A DNA stretch of 49,721 nucleotides, filler included, from Catajapyx aquilonaris (taxonomy: Eukaryota): NCBI GenBank assembly GCA_000934665.2. It is 2 parts of 2 records of this genome, joined end to end, with 100 filler letters (N's around TTAATTAATTAA, not from the genome) between each part and the next. Parts side by side here need not be neighbours in the genome. Positions count along the whole stretch, not along the records: positions 24,892 to 49,721 come from JYFJ02005460.1; 1 more part is not named here. The stretch is one strand, 5' to 3'. The first letter of the stretch is position 1. Each line of letters starts with the position of its first letter. Of the stretch, positions 46,595 through 49,721 are shown piece by piece. A program made the position numbers and the translations under genes. The notes under the pieces were generated by a model. It was not told where the DNA came from, did not search any database, and saw only the letters and a list, made by a program, of their open reading frames with translations.

Positions 46595-49500
46595 ATATGT
46601 GCACTTACTGTAAGTTATACCTCTTGTTAGTGGAGGTGGCTAGAGTGGGTGGTGACAATAACTGGCATTCATCTTTCTGCCTCCCCTCAAGGCAGATAGA
46701 AATAGACAACTAGTCGAGAGTCGAGGTGATCAGGGACTTGTTTACCTTGGTCGTACAGTACAAGTGTAGCGCTCTACTGTACTTTACAGTAGACCTACAA
46801 TACTGTGGTAAGGGTAGGGATATAAGTTACAGTGTTATAAAGTTATAATTATACAGTATCGTACAGTGTCGTACCTGGAGTATTGTTGCTGTGCAGCTCA
46901 TTCGCCAAGTCATTTGGAAACAACTCAGCACGTGTTGTATAGGAACGTATACCGAGGGCGTTACTTTGCCCAAGTTGACGGTTCGAATAGGAGAGACGGA
47001 AGAGAGTTGATGGACTGTTACATTCGAACTCCAGTGCAGGGTTTCTTTACCTATATTTGAATATTTTTTGCGCATGAGTAACACATTGTAAGTGAACTGT
47101 TCTTCCCCGTCTTCCCTTCTGGACCATCAACTTCGGCAAAGAAACACTTTGTACACTACAAGGAAAAACATCGCCAAGCTAAACAATGGATATCGTCTCA
47201 GAGCTTACAGTTTTTCGAATCTTATACAATGAAATCTCTCATAAACACGGTATTTTCACTCATTTTCGATGAAAATAGTAAAATGTCTCCTTCCAACGCC
47301 TACGTATTTATCCCCACCAGCTAATTTGTAATTCTACACAACCAGGTTGGAGATAATCGAAGGCATTTGTGACCTTTACACATGCTGCTTACATGCTAAT
47401 GAAGACAGAAAATCTTGGATTCCTGGTTCATTATGAATCTTTAGGACTAAATGGACTCACCATTGGACTCCACCAGGCAATATACCAGAAGTAATGCATC
47501 TTAATGGTGTAAAACCGCTAAAACTGGACTTAATCGTTAGTGGATTTCACTTGTACCGTAAATCCCCATCAGTCATAGGACGTAAATGCCAAAAATCGTG
47601 ACCAAGCCTTGCACCAAGAGGAGCGGGGCACATCTGGAATGATTCCTGTGTGAAGCACCCCGACATTGAGGGCCAAAGTTCAAGGGGCATAGAAGTCAAG
47701 GGGGGATGAGGGGAAGGGGCCATTGGAAAGCAGGTCGATGACTCGGTTCATTCCTGTGATTAGATATTTCTGGGCACATCAAAGATGGCGTCCACCGCAA
47801 GGACAAGCCATATTGAATATCACGTGACAGTGAACAAATTGGATATGGGAGAAGGGACCAAAGAAGTGTGATTGGAAGAAACCCTTTATTTGTTTGTTTA
47901 TTCCATAAGGGCCGCTTTTATCAAAGCAAATGAGTGAAAATCTCCGATTACGCATAGGCTTTCCCAAAATAAAATCTGGCGGCAAAATCTGCGTTGATAC
48001 AACCGGTCCTATAGAAATCATATGAGATGTTATCATATATGGCGTCTTTCTGAAATATGAAATTTTCCGCTTGCCCCATATTGAAATCTAAAACTTTCCC
48101 TGTTTTTATTTGCCTTCATACAACCGTCCCTATATAAGCTCGATCTCAGCACCGATTAGATCCTTAAACTCAATCCCGTATTATTGAATGCACCGTTTTT
48201 TATGGGAACCCTTCTAGATCGATAGCTCATAATTTTCCTTCGCAAATTAGGAGAAATCAAATGAGACGGAATCGAAGCCCTTCTTGGATTGCTCCACTTC
48301 ACTATTAAAAAGGGAACGGATAAAATAATTAATCTTTTTATTGCCGATCAGTATATAGGATTCCTTACAAATGGCGGAACAAATCGATCCAACTTTCAGA
48401 TTGGGATTTTTTTTTTCCTTGCCTGTTATGTCGCGTTGTTTGCGTAACTTTATTTTAAATCCTGTTCGTAGGCACTGCCTTACACATCGTGCGTTGTCCT
48501 TCTCCATAAACGCAACGTTGTCGTGACTGCGTATAGCTTTAGGTAATATGTTCAAATGAACTTGTCACATATTCAGGGTGACTCTAAAGTTTGGATACAT
48601 AGGTAATTGGATTCATTGTTGGTTGACAGTTGTGCCAACTCCAAGTGCCAACTCATCCTTTATGGACACAAATCCACGTGAATATGATCTAGTCGAAATA
48701 CCTCTTGTTCATCCCATTCCCATTCATTCCCCATCCCAGTAGTTTGTCAATGTTAGAAGAATGGGGCTTGTTGGTGCTGTACAGTGCAAGTATAATGCAA
48801 AATACATACTTAATTGACGACTCGAACAAAGCAGGTGGCTACAGGCTCTCATTATCATATATCCCAAAGTTAATCCTATTGGCATTGTTCTCATATTTGT
48901 CGGAGTTTCATAATAATCATATCAACTCAGGTTCCTCATTCTCATACTGTCACAACGTCGGCAGACCTACTATGAAGAGAGATCCTGTCTACTTTCTCTA
49001 CACAGCAGGAGGAGCACATTCCAAAGCACGCCTTTCGCACGAGTCAGGGTAGGACAATGTTAACAATGCGCATGGCATGCATGCTTGCACCTTGGTCTTC
49101 GTTCGCTTGAGGATCGAGTCCAAGGGCGAGCTTGAAGCCAATACACCTGTGCGCCATATACCTTGGTCGGTATGCAGTTGGGCTACAAGCAAGGTGCGAC
49201 ACAGGTGGGGTGGGAGGGATGGGAGGTAGGAGAGGGGCGTAGAGGGGGCTGCCCAATCGATGCTTTTTGGGAGGGGGTGGATGGCGAGGAGGGGAGGGGA
49301 GATGCTCCACAACACGCGAGCGAGCCACCTGCTACTACAATACCGTAGTGTCGTTTGGACACTCATGCTACCATCCTTTGTCTTATCCTCATTGCCAACC
49401 TGTGAGCTTGCTGCAAACACATCGTGCATTACTTCACAACTAAACTCATGTTGACATGTGGTTTTATTCTGTGTTACTTATTATTTGCTCGTTATTTTTG

Positions 49501-49721
49501 CTTGTGATTCCGGAATACCGTTCATATGCCTAATAAGCTTACAGTACAGCATCACTAAAAATGCATGTTCAAGATACTGTATTCCCTGCATTTTTGGAAT
49601 TTCAAGTTCACGTCATTTTTGTTCGTACATTCAAATATTTTGTGGTAGCCTACACGATAAGCATCAACTTTCTGTGGCTTCTTATATTTTCGCTATTTTT
49701 GTCAATTTTTGTAGCTATAAA

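Overview
Eukaryotic, AT-rich nuclear DNA, most likely from an arthropod (inferred from the invertebrate-type HIPK tail and an invertebrate-type mitochondrial ND5 insert). No prokaryotic operon, CRISPR array or intact transposase is visible. Two spliced genes can be reconstructed with phase-consistent GT-AG introns. (1) The last five coding exons of a homeodomain-interacting protein kinase (HIPK; 2460-6644, +), followed by a probable long 3' UTR. (2) Seven exons of a strongly diverged NEMP/TMEM194-family nuclear envelope protein (25162-29997, +), whose first exon is missing or defective. An artificial 100-bp N44-TTAATTAATTAA-N44 linker at 24792-24891 joins two contigs. The rest is a dense set of non-autonomous elements: a Foldback-like element with palindromic tandem units and a nested inverted repeat, many hairpin MITEs (TA-, hAT- and Harbinger-type), four tRNA-SINEs, and two RTE-5'UTR-derived short repeats. 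It also holds a Tigger-type MITE resembling mammalian MER2 and a mitochondrial ND5 NUMT with AGG at a conserved Lys position. Family assignments come from recalled sequence similarity, not from database searches.
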